Source of the DNA: an uncultured Phormidium sp. | GTDB lineage: Bacteria; Cyanobacteriota; Cyanobacteriia; Cyanobacteriales; Geitlerinemataceae | Reading direction: 5' to 3' | DNA length: 38,546 nucleotides | Assembly (NCBI GenBank): GCA_964644215.1 | Contig: CAZXWM010000001.1 | Coordinates: 1 to 38,546, forward strand | Part shown: positions 1-9,503 of the stretch, one piece after another | Layout of the letters: the number at the start of each line of letters is the position of its first letter | How positions within the stretch are numbered: position 1 is the first letter of the stretch | Translations under genes and position numbers: made by a program | The notes under the pieces: model-generated | Database searches by the model: none | Seen by the model: the letters and a program-made list of their open reading frames with translations, nothing else | Told to the model about the DNA's origin: nothing

Positions 1-2
1 TA

Positions 3-1496
3 GAGTATTTTGAGTTTCCTCTGGTGCGGGAGTCGCTGCATGAGCGAGAATTGTTGTTACGAAATGCTCCCCATTTAGTGAATCCGTTGATGTTAACGGT
101 TCCGGTCTATGGGAAGCGATCGCGCCCCTATTGGAAAATCTGGGCCGGGATGATTCTCTATGATATTTTTAGTTTTGATAAGACTCTGTTGCCCCATCGG
201 ATGCTACCGAAGCAGAAGTTTATGCAGCATTTTCGGGGCTTAGATCCTGAGAATTTGAATGGCGGAGCGCAGTATTATGATGCTCAGGCCTCTCGCGCAG
301 AACGGATGTGTTTGGAGACGATTCTGGATGCGGAAGCGGCGGGAGCGACGAATTTAAACTATGTGGAGGTGACGGGGTTACACCGTCAGGGCGATCGCAT
401 TACCCATTTGACCTGTGAGGATAAGTTAACGGGCAAAACCCTGGAGGTGAAAGGAACGCCGGATGTGATGGTGATTAACACCTCGGGTCCCTGGGTTGAT
501 CGCGTGTTGAAGGATGGCTCCCCAGACCCGATTGGCAAAACCCGTAAGATTGGCGGAACCAAGGGGTCTCATATTATTGTTAACCGCTTCCCCGGTGCGC
601 CGGACAGTGCGCTCTATGTGGAAGCCAAAACCGATGGCCGGCCCTTCTTTATTGTGCCTTGGTTGGGGATGGTGTTGATTGGAACCACGGATTTGCCCTA
701 TGAAGGCAGTTTAGACCGGGTGAAGGCTAATGATGAAGAGATTGACTATCTACTGACGGAAACGAATAATATCATTCCCAGTGGCCAGTTAACCCGCGAG
801 AGTATTAAGTTTACTTATTCTGGGGTGCGGCCGTTACCCTATGTGGATAAGAAGTCCGCCGGGAGTATCACCCGTAAGCATATTCTCTTTGACCACCGCT
901 CAGAGGGAGTTAGTAATCTCATTTCTCTGATTGGCGGGAAGTTGACGACGTTCCGCCATGTGGGCCAAGAAATTGTGGATTTGGTCTATAAGAAGTCGAA
1001 GCAACCCGCACCGGCTTGTCCGACGATTCATCGTCCGCTTCCGGGGGCGATTTTGCCCAATGACCCCTTGGTGGGAGAGTTGGTAGACCGTTATCGCGAT
1101 CGCCTCTCGGTAGAAACCCTCTATCATCTCCTCGACAGCTATGGCCGTCTAGCGGCGGGGGTGTTGGCTCTGATTGACGAGCATCCAGAACTGGCCGCTC
1201 CCATTACGCCGGAGTTACCGGATATTCGCGCTCAGATTGTCTATGGGGTGCGATCGGAATATGCCTATCATATGGCTGATATTCTGCGACGCCGCACCAC
1301 GATCGCCATGCAGAGTTGTTATGGTTTGCAGACTTTGGCGGTGCTGTCGGAGGTGTTGCAGCGCTATTGTGGCTGGTCCGCCGAGGACTGCGATCGCCAG
1401 GCTGGGGAATATCGCCAGTATATGGAGGAAAATTGTATCCCCGATTATGCGATTCCTCAGAGTCGCCGCTCTCAAGCTGAGGCGGTGTCGGCTTAA
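3..1496 (+). CDS. glpD: FAD-dependent glycerol-3-phosphate dehydrogenase, 5'-truncated by the window edge
   Basis: The frame is open from position 3 (EYFEFPLVRESLHERE...). Motifs typical of GlpD/GlpA are present: INTSGPWVD, GTKGSHI, DGRPFFIVPW, LIGTTD, YSGVRPL, IGGKLTTFR, DILRRRT. Confidence 0.9.
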   Translation, partial: EYFEFPLVRESLHERELLLRNAPHLVNPLMLTVPVYGKRSRPYWKIWAGMILYDIFSFDKTLLPHRMLPKQKFMQHFRGLDPENLNGGAQYYDAQASRAERMCLETILDAEAAGATNLNYVEVTGLHRQGDRITHLTCEDKLTGKTLEVKGTPDVMVINTSGPWVDRVLKDGSPDPIGKTRKIGGTKGSHIIVNRFPGAPDSALYVEAKTDGRPFFIVPWLGMVLIGTTDLPYEGSLDRVKANDEEIDYLLTETNNIIPSGQLTRESIKFTYSGVRPLPYVDKKSAGSITRKHILFDHRSEGVSNLISLIGGKLTTFRHVGQEIVDLVYKKSKQPAPACPTIHRPLPGAILPNDPLVGELVDRYRDRLSVETLYHLLDSYGRLAAGVLALIDEHPELAAPITPELPDIRAQIVYGVRSEYAYHMADILRRRTTIAMQSCYGLQTLAVLSEVLQRYCGWSAEDCDRQAGEYRQYMEENCIPDYAIPQSRRSQAEAVSA

Positions 1497-1537
1497 GTTA
1501 GGCTGCTTCAGTCAGGCTAATTTGAGGCAAAAAAATC

Positions 1538-1565
1538 TTGCCGCTAGTCCCAGATATGTTAGGAT
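1538..1565 (+). promoter_or_regulatory. Putative sigma70 promoter of tRNA-Gly
   Basis: TTGCCG (1538-1543), a 16-nt spacer, then an extended TGnTAGGAT (-10 at 1560-1565). It is preceded by an A-tract and lies about 40 nt upstream of the tRNA. Confidence 0.5.
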
Positions 1566-1606
1566 AAGCAATTAATGCAGTCCTTTGCAGTCTTGGACTA
1601 GCTAAC

Positions 1607-1678
1607 GCGGGCGTAATTCAGTGGTAGAATGTCAGCTTCCCAAGCTGAACGTCGCCGGTTCGAGTCCGGTCGCCCGCT
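1607..1678 (+). tRNA. tRNA-Gly (anticodon CCC), CCA not encoded
   Basis: Acceptor stem GCGGGCG/CGCCCGC with discriminator T, D-loop AGTGGTA, anticodon arm TCAGC-TTCCCAA-GCTGA, T-arm GCCGG-TTCGAGT-CCGGT. Confidence 0.97.
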
Positions 1679-1719
1679 TTCTTGAGTTTTTCACAAACTA
1701 TCCATCATCTCACTGGGGC

Positions 1720-2319
1720 TTAATCCTCGCAGCGATCGCCGCGAATGGACCCGAGAATAGTGGCGATAATCACGCAACGTCGGTTCGGGTTATTGCCCCC
1801 CTCAACATCAGTAAAGGCAATACGGCCAATCATCCCCGAATCATCATCCTCATAGTCGGCATGGTTGTAAGACTCCTCCGAGACAATGCCTCGGTCTTTA
1901 AAGCTAATGCAGTAATCTCCATGATCGCACTCTTGAGGCAGAGTGGTTCTCCCCTCATCTACGGTCACGAGGTTGCCTGCTTCTGGGGAAAGGGTCGTCC
2001 AGGAGGGATCGCCATCAACGGGATAGGCGGCTCCCTGAATGCCTTGCTCCTCATCGATACGAAAACTGGCTTCCCAGGCGCGATTCTCGGTACTGGCGCG
2101 AGATTGAGCGCGGCGCATCGTTTGCAGGGCCGCGTCGGCGGTGTTTTTGACTCGCTGGCCGTTGACGAACGAGAGCCAACTGGGGGCGGCGATCGCCCCT
2201 AAAATGCCAATCATGACAATCACCACCAAGACCTCAATCGTGGTGAACCCAGAATGAAGCGGGTTATGAGTTGGGGAACGCTCCCGCAAATGACGTTGTT
2301 TGAGCTGTAACCGGGTCAT
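1720..2319 (-). CDS. Type IV prepilin-like minor pilin/pseudopilin (FimT/GspH-like; positional HpsD equivalent)
   Basis: Basic leader followed by a class III signal G|FTTIEVLVVIVMIGILGAIAAPSW with E5. It has Cys pairs and is the last gene of the hps operon. Confidence 0.85.
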   Translation of the reverse strand: MTRLQLKQRHLRERSPTHNPLHSGFTTIEVLVVIVMIGILGAIAAPSWLSFVNGQRVKNTADAALQTMRRAQSRASTENRAWEASFRIDEEQGIQGAAYPVDGDPSWTTLSPEAGNLVTVDEGRTTLPQECDHGDYCISFKDRGIVSEESYNHADYEDDDSGMIGRIAFTDVEGGNNPNRRCVIIATILGSIRGDRCED

Positions 2320-2361
2320 AGAATTTAAAGTCTCCTAAACTCATAAAACATCAAAAACATC

Positions 2362-2403
2362 AATCGTCTCAGGAAAATCGTCTCAGGAAAATCGTCTCAG
2401 GGA
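2362..2403. repeat. Tandem repeat, 3 x 14 bp (AATCGTCTCAGGAA)
   Basis: Copies at 2362-2375, 2376-2389 and 2390-2403 (last copy has one mismatch), in the gap between hpsC and the hpsD-like gene. Confidence 0.9.
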
Positions 2404-2428
2404 GCCAACCGCTCCTCTCGACCCCTGC

Positions 2429-3481
2429 TTAGAAGTTGCGCGGTGTTTTTTCCCGGACACTGCGGTTAAGAACCTGGGTTTGAATCGCTGGCATAAAGCC
2501 GATGTTAGCATCACGAATCCCCGGTTTACCGGCAGCATTACCCCGCAGAAACAAAATCACCTTCTGGTTAAAAGTTTGTGCCGTTGCATTGTCATCATCA
2601 TCATCGGCAAGAATACTATCATCGCGAATGCAGGCGTAAAAATTGCGTACTTCACCAAAACCATTCGCCTCTAAGGTGTTGTCGCTAGGCGTAATGACAT
2701 GACCATCCGGACATTCAACACTAGCACTTGCGGTTCCTTGACGCTCAGCAATCTCATCTAAGGGACGACTATCCACAAAATCGACCAAGGTCGTCACCTG
2801 GAATGAATCCATACTATCAGGTTGCCAAGTTCGGAACGTTAAGGGGTCTTGGTCTTCTCCACCACCGGCATACGGAGGGGTAAAATTGGGTCCACCTTGA
2901 CTCGTAAACGTTGCTAGTCTTGCACGCTGCAAACGCCCTAACCCCGACCAAATCTCATCATTTTCCTCATTTCGAGTCAAGTAATACACGATCAAACTGT
3001 AACTACGTCCTGACAAACAGGGGACCACAGTGTCATTAGGGTCATACCCATTACTACCGCAACTTTCGTCTACAACCGACTTCGGTAGATCTTCTAACTT
3101 CCAAAAAGCCAACACGGGAACACTATTGTCGCGGCTAATTGCGTCAACAAAGCCCTCACAGGAGTCCGTCGTGCCATCGATACAATTGCCATCATACACA
3201 TAGACCGACTCTCGGATATCTGAACTAATATAATCTAGGGCCATTTGCATCTCACGCTGAGTTTCTGTGCGCGCTGTCTCTCGTGCGTCAGATGTTAAAA
3301 GTTCGACCATCAGCCCCAATAACCCCGACATCACCAGTCCGGCAATAATCATGGACACGAGAATTTCCGTGAGCGTAAATCCCGAGTTGTTGGCAGGATT
3401 TAGCGTCGGCTTCTCCGTCAAGCGCCGATGGCGACTAACACGGCGGCTAACATATCTATAAATTCCTTGACTGATACCCAT
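2429..3481 (-). CDS. hpsC: Pseudopilin HpsC-like (PilW-like minor pilin)
   Basis: G|FTLTEILVSMII...ETQREMQMALDYISSDIRESVYVY and PVLAFWK resemble cyanobacterial HpsC/PilW. It is the third gene of the hpsA operon. Confidence 0.75.
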   Translation of the reverse strand: MGISQGIYRYVSRRVSRHRRLTEKPTLNPANNSGFTLTEILVSMIIAGLVMSGLLGLMVELLTSDARETARTETQREMQMALDYISSDIRESVYVYDGNCIDGTTDSCEGFVDAISRDNSVPVLAFWKLEDLPKSVVDESCGSNGYDPNDTVVPCLSGRSYSLIVYYLTRNEENDEIWSGLGRLQRARLATFTSQGGPNFTPPYAGGGEDQDPLTFRTWQPDSMDSFQVTTLVDFVDSRPLDEIAERQGTASASVECPDGHVITPSDNTLEANGFGEVRNFYACIRDDSILADDDDDNATAQTFNQKVILFLRGNAAGKPGIRDANIGFMPAIQTQVLNRSVREKTPRNF

Positions 3482-3568
3482 TTTTTTTATCTTCTCCAGC
3501 TCAACTAACGAATTTCTAAACTCTTTTGAAACCAGTTTGACAGACCCTTCGAGTCACCTTTAGCACCA

Positions 3569-4306
3569 CTACTCACAGCCCTCCTGACTCGGGTCGACGA
3601 AACATTGATAGCTCCGCAGAGAGATTCCCGTATCCCCCTGGCTCATGACCGTGTAGAGAGTTGCCAGAGGACGTGTTGTTTGCTGTCCTTCGCCACTGGT
3701 CATCACCAATGACGCCTGTTCTGTTTCTAAGCTGTCGAACTCAGCATTGCGATAGTAGACGCGAACACCCATTTCAAAGACAATGGGAACCTCAACACCA
3801 TTGCGGTTAGCCGTGACCTCTCGTGTACGGAAAGTTTGCACGAAAAAGTCTTCCTCGCAATCACCATTAACATCGACCCGGAACGCTTGGTCTTCCGAGA
3901 CACTGCCCAACTCAAAAGACTGAGAACAGTCAGAGTTTGTTGATAGCAGTCGGTTAAACTCACTGTCCGGTGGCCCCACCTCGCGAGCGGTAATCTCTCC
4001 TTCCACTAACCGGGGAAGTTGAGCGATATCATCGTCGTCCTCAATACCTCTCTCAAGTAAGACCCGAACCTCATCAATTTGTCCGTGGGCCAGTTGAATC
4101 GCCTGTTCGGCCCGCCGATTTTGAATCCGAGTCGCCACGGACAAGAAAATCATGGGGGTAATGGCCGTCGTCACCGCTGAGACAATGAGGATTGCTACCA
4201 ACCCTTCGATTAGGGTCAGTCCTCGGTCTGAGTGACGACCTGGGTGGGTTGGGTCTTTAGAGGCGGTGAGAAAACGCCGGAGTGGAAATAGATTGGGCTT
4301 ATACAT
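3569..4306 (-). CDS. hpsB: Pseudopilin HpsB-like (PilV-like minor pilin)
   Basis: G|LTLIEGLVAILIVSAVTTAITPMIFLSVATRIQNRRAEQA, plus DVNGD and MGVRVY. The start is placed at ATG 4306 (MYKPN) rather than the ORF-track start 4357. Confidence 0.75.
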   Translation of the reverse strand: MYKPNLFPLRRFLTASKDPTHPGRHSDRGLTLIEGLVAILIVSAVTTAITPMIFLSVATRIQNRRAEQAIQLAHGQIDEVRVLLERGIEDDDDIAQLPRLVEGEITAREVGPPDSEFNRLLSTNSDCSQSFELGSVSEDQAFRVDVNGDCEEDFFVQTFRTREVTANRNGVEVPIVFEMGVRVYYRNAEFDSLETEQASLVMTSGEGQQTTRPLATLYTVMSQGDTGISLRSYQCFVDPSQEGCE

Positions 4307-4394
4307 GGTGGTATGGGCTGGAGGGGGAGGGGCAACTCCCCCAGTTGCTGGCATCAACAGAGTGGGTAGAGGTGTAACCTGAGTTAGTTACAGG

Positions 4395-7300
4395 CTAGTC
4401 GCAATCGGTGGCACGGGGGTCAACTTGCTCCCCATCGGGTCCAGTAGCACAGCGCAGGTTTTTGATATAGGGGTCATCGGCGGAGGGTTCACGGTAGAAC
4501 TCACTCCGAGCGCGGTTGACGGTAATCAAACGGGAGGACACGGGACCGACGCGGGCCAACTGCAAGGCGACGTCATACCCCCAAAGCCGTTCCGGTGCGA
4601 AGTAGTAGTCAATGACTTCATCTTCTTCCGGGTCATCGCCAGGTTCCCAAGCGCTTTGGTCATAGGGACCTGTTGCATAGTTACTAAAGCTCAGTTGCAA
4701 GAAGGAACCGGACATGACCAGATCGCGGGGGTCAGCGAAGTTACGGGTGGGGTTCCAATCTTCATTGAGCCGTGGGTAGTTATGGAGTCCACCATAGGAT
4801 TGGCCGTTACGGGATGGGGTAATGCCACTGACGATAACCGAGTTCACCCGCTGGGGTTCACGAGCGGAGATGAGAGGGCGATTTGCCCCGGAATCGAGAT
4901 CGAAGTAACTGCCGTCATAGGCTCCCTCTGGGGTAGGAGTCCGGAACAGCATCGGGTCACCATTGGCTGAGATACGAATGGGGGAGGCTGGGTCGGCCGG
5001 ATTTTCTCGTAACCAGAGGCTATTGTCACTTAAGTTGGCGTTTTCATCGGGTCGTGGCAAGCCCAGATAAGAGGTAATCTGTTGGTTTTCAGCTTGATCA
5101 CATCCATAGACATCCGAGACGCGGCCGTTGTCACTACGACCTAAGGCTTGTAGGTTACTGCTAAGATCCGGGTTGCCTTCGTTGCTGCCGGAATCGTGGA
5201 CGACGATAAAGGGGTCTTCGAGACTGCCATCGCAGAAGTTATCGGAGAGGATACCGATCGCATCGACGAGAAATTCACTGTAACGCCAATTGTCACTCTC
5301 GGGGTCCGCAAAGTTATTGTCACGACTGCTACGTCCATAGAACTGGGTGGGTCCCCAATCGGTCCCGAGAAGGTTGGTAAACTCTTCAATGGGTTGATCA
5401 CAGTTGCCACTTTGAGTATGGCAGTTAAAGTTCCCTTGAATGAAGGTCGGGTTATCGGAGACAAAGCTTAAGCCGAAGGGGAGGGTTCCGTCGGTGGGAC
5501 GTTCCACGGTTTGACCATTGATGACCCGGAAGCCGTGAATGCGGCGATCTGGATCGGGAACAAAGTTAACCGCTTTGGGGCTAATCCCGTTTTCCGGGTT
5601 CACCGGGGGATCGGTTCCATCGAGGACGTTGCTGTTGCAACCATTGCCGATGTCACTGGCATCATCACAACTGCCCCCGCCTGAGGCTCGTTCGATGCCG
5701 TCTTCGCGCATGGCATCATCGCGGAAGGCATAGACAATGCCGCCATCTTTTTGCACGTTATCACTATCGTCACCGCCAGGGAGCCAGGTATCGCTGTTGA
5801 TGCTGGTATTTTGCGCCCCATCCACGTTGTCTGACAAAAGTGCCATATCCATGTTGAGGGTGCGGGCATTCATCATATCCCGACCAACAAAGAAGGCGGT
5901 ATCCTTGAAGGCGACGCGATAATAGGCATCTTCAACGCCGTTATAGACGAGGTTATTGCGCTGACAATTGGGGTTGGGGTCATCTGCACTGGCGTCGTTG
6001 TCACAAGCTCCTGTGGGCAATCCAGTTAACTCTAGGTAGGGGAGGGTGAAGTTAGTGGCTTCGCCAATGGGTCGAATGGCCAAATTCGCTAATGCGGCAT
6101 CATCGATGGCATTGTAGGTAATGCCGCTATTGATGGTTTGGACATCGGGGTCACTGATGTACCAAATCTCATCATTCGTGGTATCACCGTCATTGTTGAG
6201 GTCGGCCCCTCGATCCATAATTCCTCGGACCTCGGCCTCGGCTAAGGTGTCTTCGTCGATGTCCGCTTCGGACTCGGGTTGTTCCCGTCCATCGGCATCG
6301 CTTCCGGGATAGCCATGGTCGGTCAAGGGAAATAGGTAGTACAGGGAGGGGAACTTGGAGGTTGCACCACAGAGGGTGTTGGCCAGGGTGATCCCTTCCG
6401 GGGTGTTCCCTAAGCCGAAAAAGTTATTGGCGTTAACGTCACAGCCAAAGCTCAGGGGAATGGTGAGGGTTCCGGTGGAGTCAATTTCATATTCCTCGCC
6501 TTGTCCAATCGCCAGTCCCGGCAGGAAACTCACCGTTACTGTTTCTTGGTCTTCAGTGCTGTCATCAATATCAATCACTTCTAGACAGTCATCGAGAGGG
6601 GCATCTTCTCCACAGATGTCAGCAGTCAGCGCCAAAATGTCATCCTCAATGTCAGCGTCGGTAAAGTCAAGGTCACCAAACCCAGCCACGTTAAAGGATA
6701 TATCGGACTGGTAGGCATCTTTACCAGTGGGTGAGGGGAGGAAACCAAACTCGCGATCGCGCTTGACTTGTTCTTTGAGATAGACTAAGCGAGCCAACTC
6801 TTGTAACTCTTCAGTGTCATAGGAATCAACACTGGTATCAGTGTATTTCAAGGCTTCAATATAGGCCTCAGGACTCGGGGTCATTCGCACCACCGCATCG
6901 CCAGCATCGGGCCACCCATCGCCAGCAATGATAATCAGACTGGCAATGTCGTCATTGGCGTCCCCATCACCGTTAAAGTCTTCCTCAATAGTGCTTCCAT
7001 CGGAGTAGTCATAGTCGTTTGGGATATCTCCCAAGTCTTCGGTGGGGAAGAAGAACACCTCACCATGATCAGGATCACCGTCGCGAAGTTGCCCGAGGCG
7101 ATCGCCCAAGGCCGTTAACTGAGCGGTGACTGTACTATAGTCCAAAGCACTCAAATAACTGACGTTGTAGGCCAAAGCCCCCAGGGTAAGCGCGGCATTG
7201 TACTTATTCGAGTAGTCCGCCAGACTATCCAAGTTTTCCGAGGGATCGAGAGTCCGACGTAGGTTAGAAAAGTCTCCCCATTCGGTAATCGCTGGGTTGG

Positions 7301-9503
7301 GATGAATCTGATTGGCCTCTTGCAAAGCAGGAAAAGCGCCGTCGGGGTCTCCGGCTAAATTCGCCAAGTTGTCCATCGCATTTTGGACATCGGTATTGAG
7401 GATATCCAAGTCATCTAAGTTGAGTTCCCAACCATTGGTTCCCCGTCCGGTGAAGAAGTCCACCAGTAACTCATCGGGGTCATCACCGAAGGTGGCACCG
7501 TTGAATAGGGTCGCCGCGTCTCCAGTAACGCCAAAGGGAATTTTCGGTTGCTCAAAGATTGCCGCCCGTTTTAGGGTTTCAGCGGTTCCTGGGTGAACCG
7601 TACTGAGAATGGCAGCGGTGGGAGCTTGATCGGGATCTCCACCATCTTGGCTGTAATGATAGATGGCCGTGGTTTGAGCGGCAGCTAGATTATCTCGTAG
7701 GGTACGATGTTGCAGATACTCATGGGCGCGTCGATCGCGATCAACCCGACCGTCATCGGCAATCTGTTGTGGACTGTTGGGGTCATTGTCAACTTGGGTT
7801 GTCCCCGCAAAGGGATCATTCCCCAGTTCTAGGCGTTGCCCAACAATGACCCGCAGGCCTTCTCGCCAAGCTCGTCGTTCCCAATAGCCGTCAAGGCCCA
7901 GTTCACGGGAGTCTCCTGATCCGGGAACGCTCAACTGCGTCAGTTTAGCCAGCACATCGCCACTGGCGCCGCTAGCAATGGGTTCGCCAACTCGAACCCC
8001 GAGGCCAACAGTTTCGCCATTGTCTTCTTCCTGAATCAGTTGTAGGTCATCATCGCCGCCATAGACGGGTTTCGGACCAAAACGGTCATCGGCTCGGTAA
8101 AAGTCATCAATAAAGGGACGTTCAGAGGGTTCGTTAAAAACGCGACTACCCCGTTGCACTTCCTCCTCGCTCTCAGGGATTGGGAACTGAGACCAGCCGG
8201 CGACGCGATCGGTTTGCAATAATGGGAGACCCCGATGTTTGGAGACATCTTCTGTGAACAGTGTGATGGGATCGAGGATGACATCTTCAGGATCACCGTT
8301 GCCAACGGAATGATTGTCCGGGACTAATGTGACTCGGCCGGCTTCATTTTCATGATGAATTGGTGTTTCTCCAGGAGGGGTCCAGAGGTGAAAAATTCCC
8401 CCGCCCTGGCTGGCGTTGCTGACGACCCGCCCGGCCATCAGTTCGCCCTGATAAACGACGTTGCGTTCGCTATTAATCTCAAGTCCGAGGGTAATTTCTG
8501 AGGTGGTTTGACCGGCTTGGTAAATGCAGGAGTCGGGGCTACTGACTAAGTAAGCTTGGGTGCGGTCAGTGCGGCGATTGTGACCGACAATGAGGCTGCC
8601 ATCGGTGTGCATAGCGCCATTCCAGCGAAATTCCGGACCGGGATAGATTTCGAGGTCGTTGCGGAACCAAGCGCCCCACTTGTTGCCCCGGTTGGCTTCT
8701 CGTTCCTGTTGAACTTCTAGGGTGGTGACAGCGCCGTCTTCGCGATCTGAGATGACAAAGGCGTCGATTTGGAAGTTTTTCCGTAAAATGGCGGAACTAC
8801 TGGGATCGCGCAACCAACCATTTTCAATGGGGCTACCTCCACCACCAATGACGCAGCCGGGCCGAGGTTCACTGGCGATCGGACCTTGACGAACTTCTAG
8901 GTTTTCGGCTCGAGTCTCGATGGCCCTAGCACTTTGGTTGGCCAGTTCTTCTTGCTGGCTAGGAACATCCCAAATAATCGAGTAGGCAACTCTTAGGTTA
9001 TTTTCCCCCTCTCCGAGTCCACTGGCTTCTTGATAAACCCAGGCATTGTCCAGGGTTCCGTCACCATTGAGATCAATCCGTTCTTCGTCGGGAAGGGTAT
9101 ATGTATCGTCGTCTTCCATCAACTCGGTTAAGAGTTCCTGGGCGGGAATCCCTGACGGCAGCCGTGGGTCAATTTGGAAGAGGTTTTCTAACTTGGCTTT
9201 AGCCCGGTCAATGGCTGGGGTGGCGGCGTTGTAGATGACGCGATCGCGCCGAGAGAGCATCGCCTGCTCAGTCCGGCTAATAGTCCGCAGCAAAATCGCC
9301 CCCACAACTAGAGACAGCACCAGCAACAGCATCATCGCTGTCGGCAGCACAAACCCCGCCATGCGACGCTCGGAGCGGCGACGGCGTGGCGGTGCGAGGC
9401 GATGTAGGAGACGCCGCACCAGGCGAGCAAATTGGCTGTAAACTTGCTTACTGGTGTTGCGTAACCAACGTTTTATGTGAATCAAGATGTGGGGGTTAGC
9501 CAT
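4395..9503 (-). CDS. hpsA: HpsA-like giant pilin-domain protein (hormogonium polysaccharide/gliding motility locus)
   Basis: Prepilin-like AG|FVLPTAMMLLLVLSLVVGAILL followed by NAATPAIDRAKAKL, NKWGAWFRNDLEI, LDGYWERRA..GLRVIVGQRLELG and C-terminal YGGLHNYPR..EDW and APERLWGYDVALQ. These blocks are characteristic of HpsA, and three pseudopilin genes follow. Confidence 0.85.
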   Translation of the reverse strand: MANPHILIHIKRWLRNTSKQVYSQFARLVRRLLHRLAPPRRRRSERRMAGFVLPTAMMLLLVLSLVVGAILLRTISRTEQAMLSRRDRVIYNAATPAIDRAKAKLENLFQIDPRLPSGIPAQELLTELMEDDDTYTLPDEERIDLNGDGTLDNAWVYQEASGLGEGENNLRVAYSIIWDVPSQQEELANQSARAIETRAENLEVRQGPIASEPRPGCVIGGGGSPIENGWLRDPSSSAILRKNFQIDAFVISDREDGAVTTLEVQQEREANRGNKWGAWFRNDLEIYPGPEFRWNGAMHTDGSLIVGHNRRTDRTQAYLVSSPDSCIYQAGQTTSEITLGLEINSERNVVYQGELMAGRVVSNASQGGGIFHLWTPPGETPIHHENEAGRVTLVPDNHSVGNGDPEDVILDPITLFTEDVSKHRGLPLLQTDRVAGWSQFPIPESEEEVQRGSRVFNEPSERPFIDDFYRADDRFGPKPVYGGDDDLQLIQEEDNGETVGLGVRVGEPIASGASGDVLAKLTQLSVPGSGDSRELGLDGYWERRAWREGLRVIVGQRLELGNDPFAGTTQVDNDPNSPQQIADDGRVDRDRRAHEYLQHRTLRDNLAAAQTTAIYHYSQDGGDPDQAPTAAILSTVHPGTAETLKRAAIFEQPKIPFGVTGDAATLFNGATFGDDPDELLVDFFTGRGTNGWELNLDDLDILNTDVQNAMDNLANLAGDPDGAFPALQEANQIHPNPAITEWGDFSNLRRTLDPSENLDSLADYSNKYNAALTLGALAYNVSYLSALDYSTVTAQLTALGDRLGQLRDGDPDHGEVFFFPTEDLGDIPNDYDYSDGSTIEEDFNGDGDANDDIASLIIIAGDGWPDAGDAVVRMTPSPEAYIEALKYTDTSVDSYDTEELQELARLVYLKEQVKRDREFGFLPSPTGKDAYQSDISFNVAGFGDLDFTDADIEDDILALTADICGEDAPLDDCLEVIDIDDSTEDQETVTVSFLPGLAIGQGEEYEIDSTGTLTIPLSFGCDVNANNFFGLGNTPEGITLANTLCGATSKFPSLYYLFPLTDHGYPGSDADGREQPESEADIDEDTLAEAEVRGIMDRGADLNNDGDTTNDEIWYISDPDVQTINSGITYNAIDDAALANLAIRPIGEATNFTLPYLELTGLPTGACDNDASADDPNPNCQRNNLVYNGVEDAYYRVAFKDTAFFVGRDMMNARTLNMDMALLSDNVDGAQNTSINSDTWLPGGDDSDNVQKDGGIVYAFRDDAMREDGIERASGGGSCDDASDIGNGCNSNVLDGTDPPVNPENGISPKAVNFVPDPDRRIHGFRVINGQTVERPTDGTLPFGLSFVSDNPTFIQGNFNCHTQSGNCDQPIEEFTNLLGTDWGPTQFYGRSSRDNNFADPESDNWRYSEFLVDAIGILSDNFCDGSLEDPFIVVHDSGSNEGNPDLSSNLQALGRSDNGRVSDVYGCDQAENQQITSYLGLPRPDENANLSDNSLWLRENPADPASPIRISANGDPMLFRTPTPEGAYDGSYFDLDSGANRPLISAREPQRVNSVIVSGITPSRNGQSYGGLHNYPRLNEDWNPTRNFADPRDLVMSGSFLQLSFSNYATGPYDQSAWEPGDDPEEDEVIDYYFAPERLWGYDVALQLARVGPVSSRLITVNRARSEFYREPSADDPYIKNLRCATGPDGEQVDPRATDCD

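Noticed and set aside
1607-1720. tRNA-Gly as the integration site of a genomic island
   Set aside because: No integrase, transposase or duplicated tRNA 3' end was seen in the window.
1621-2202. 193-aa plus-strand ORF
   Set aside because: It starts inside tRNA-Gly and is antisense to a clear pilin gene; shadow ORF.
2362-2403. Possible CRISPR array
   Set aside because: The units are 14 bp and contiguous, with no spacers and no cas genes.
4425-9441. Numerous short ORFs within or antisense to hpsA (and likewise within the kinase genes)
   Set aside because: Typical shadow frames of long coding sequences, with no independent support.
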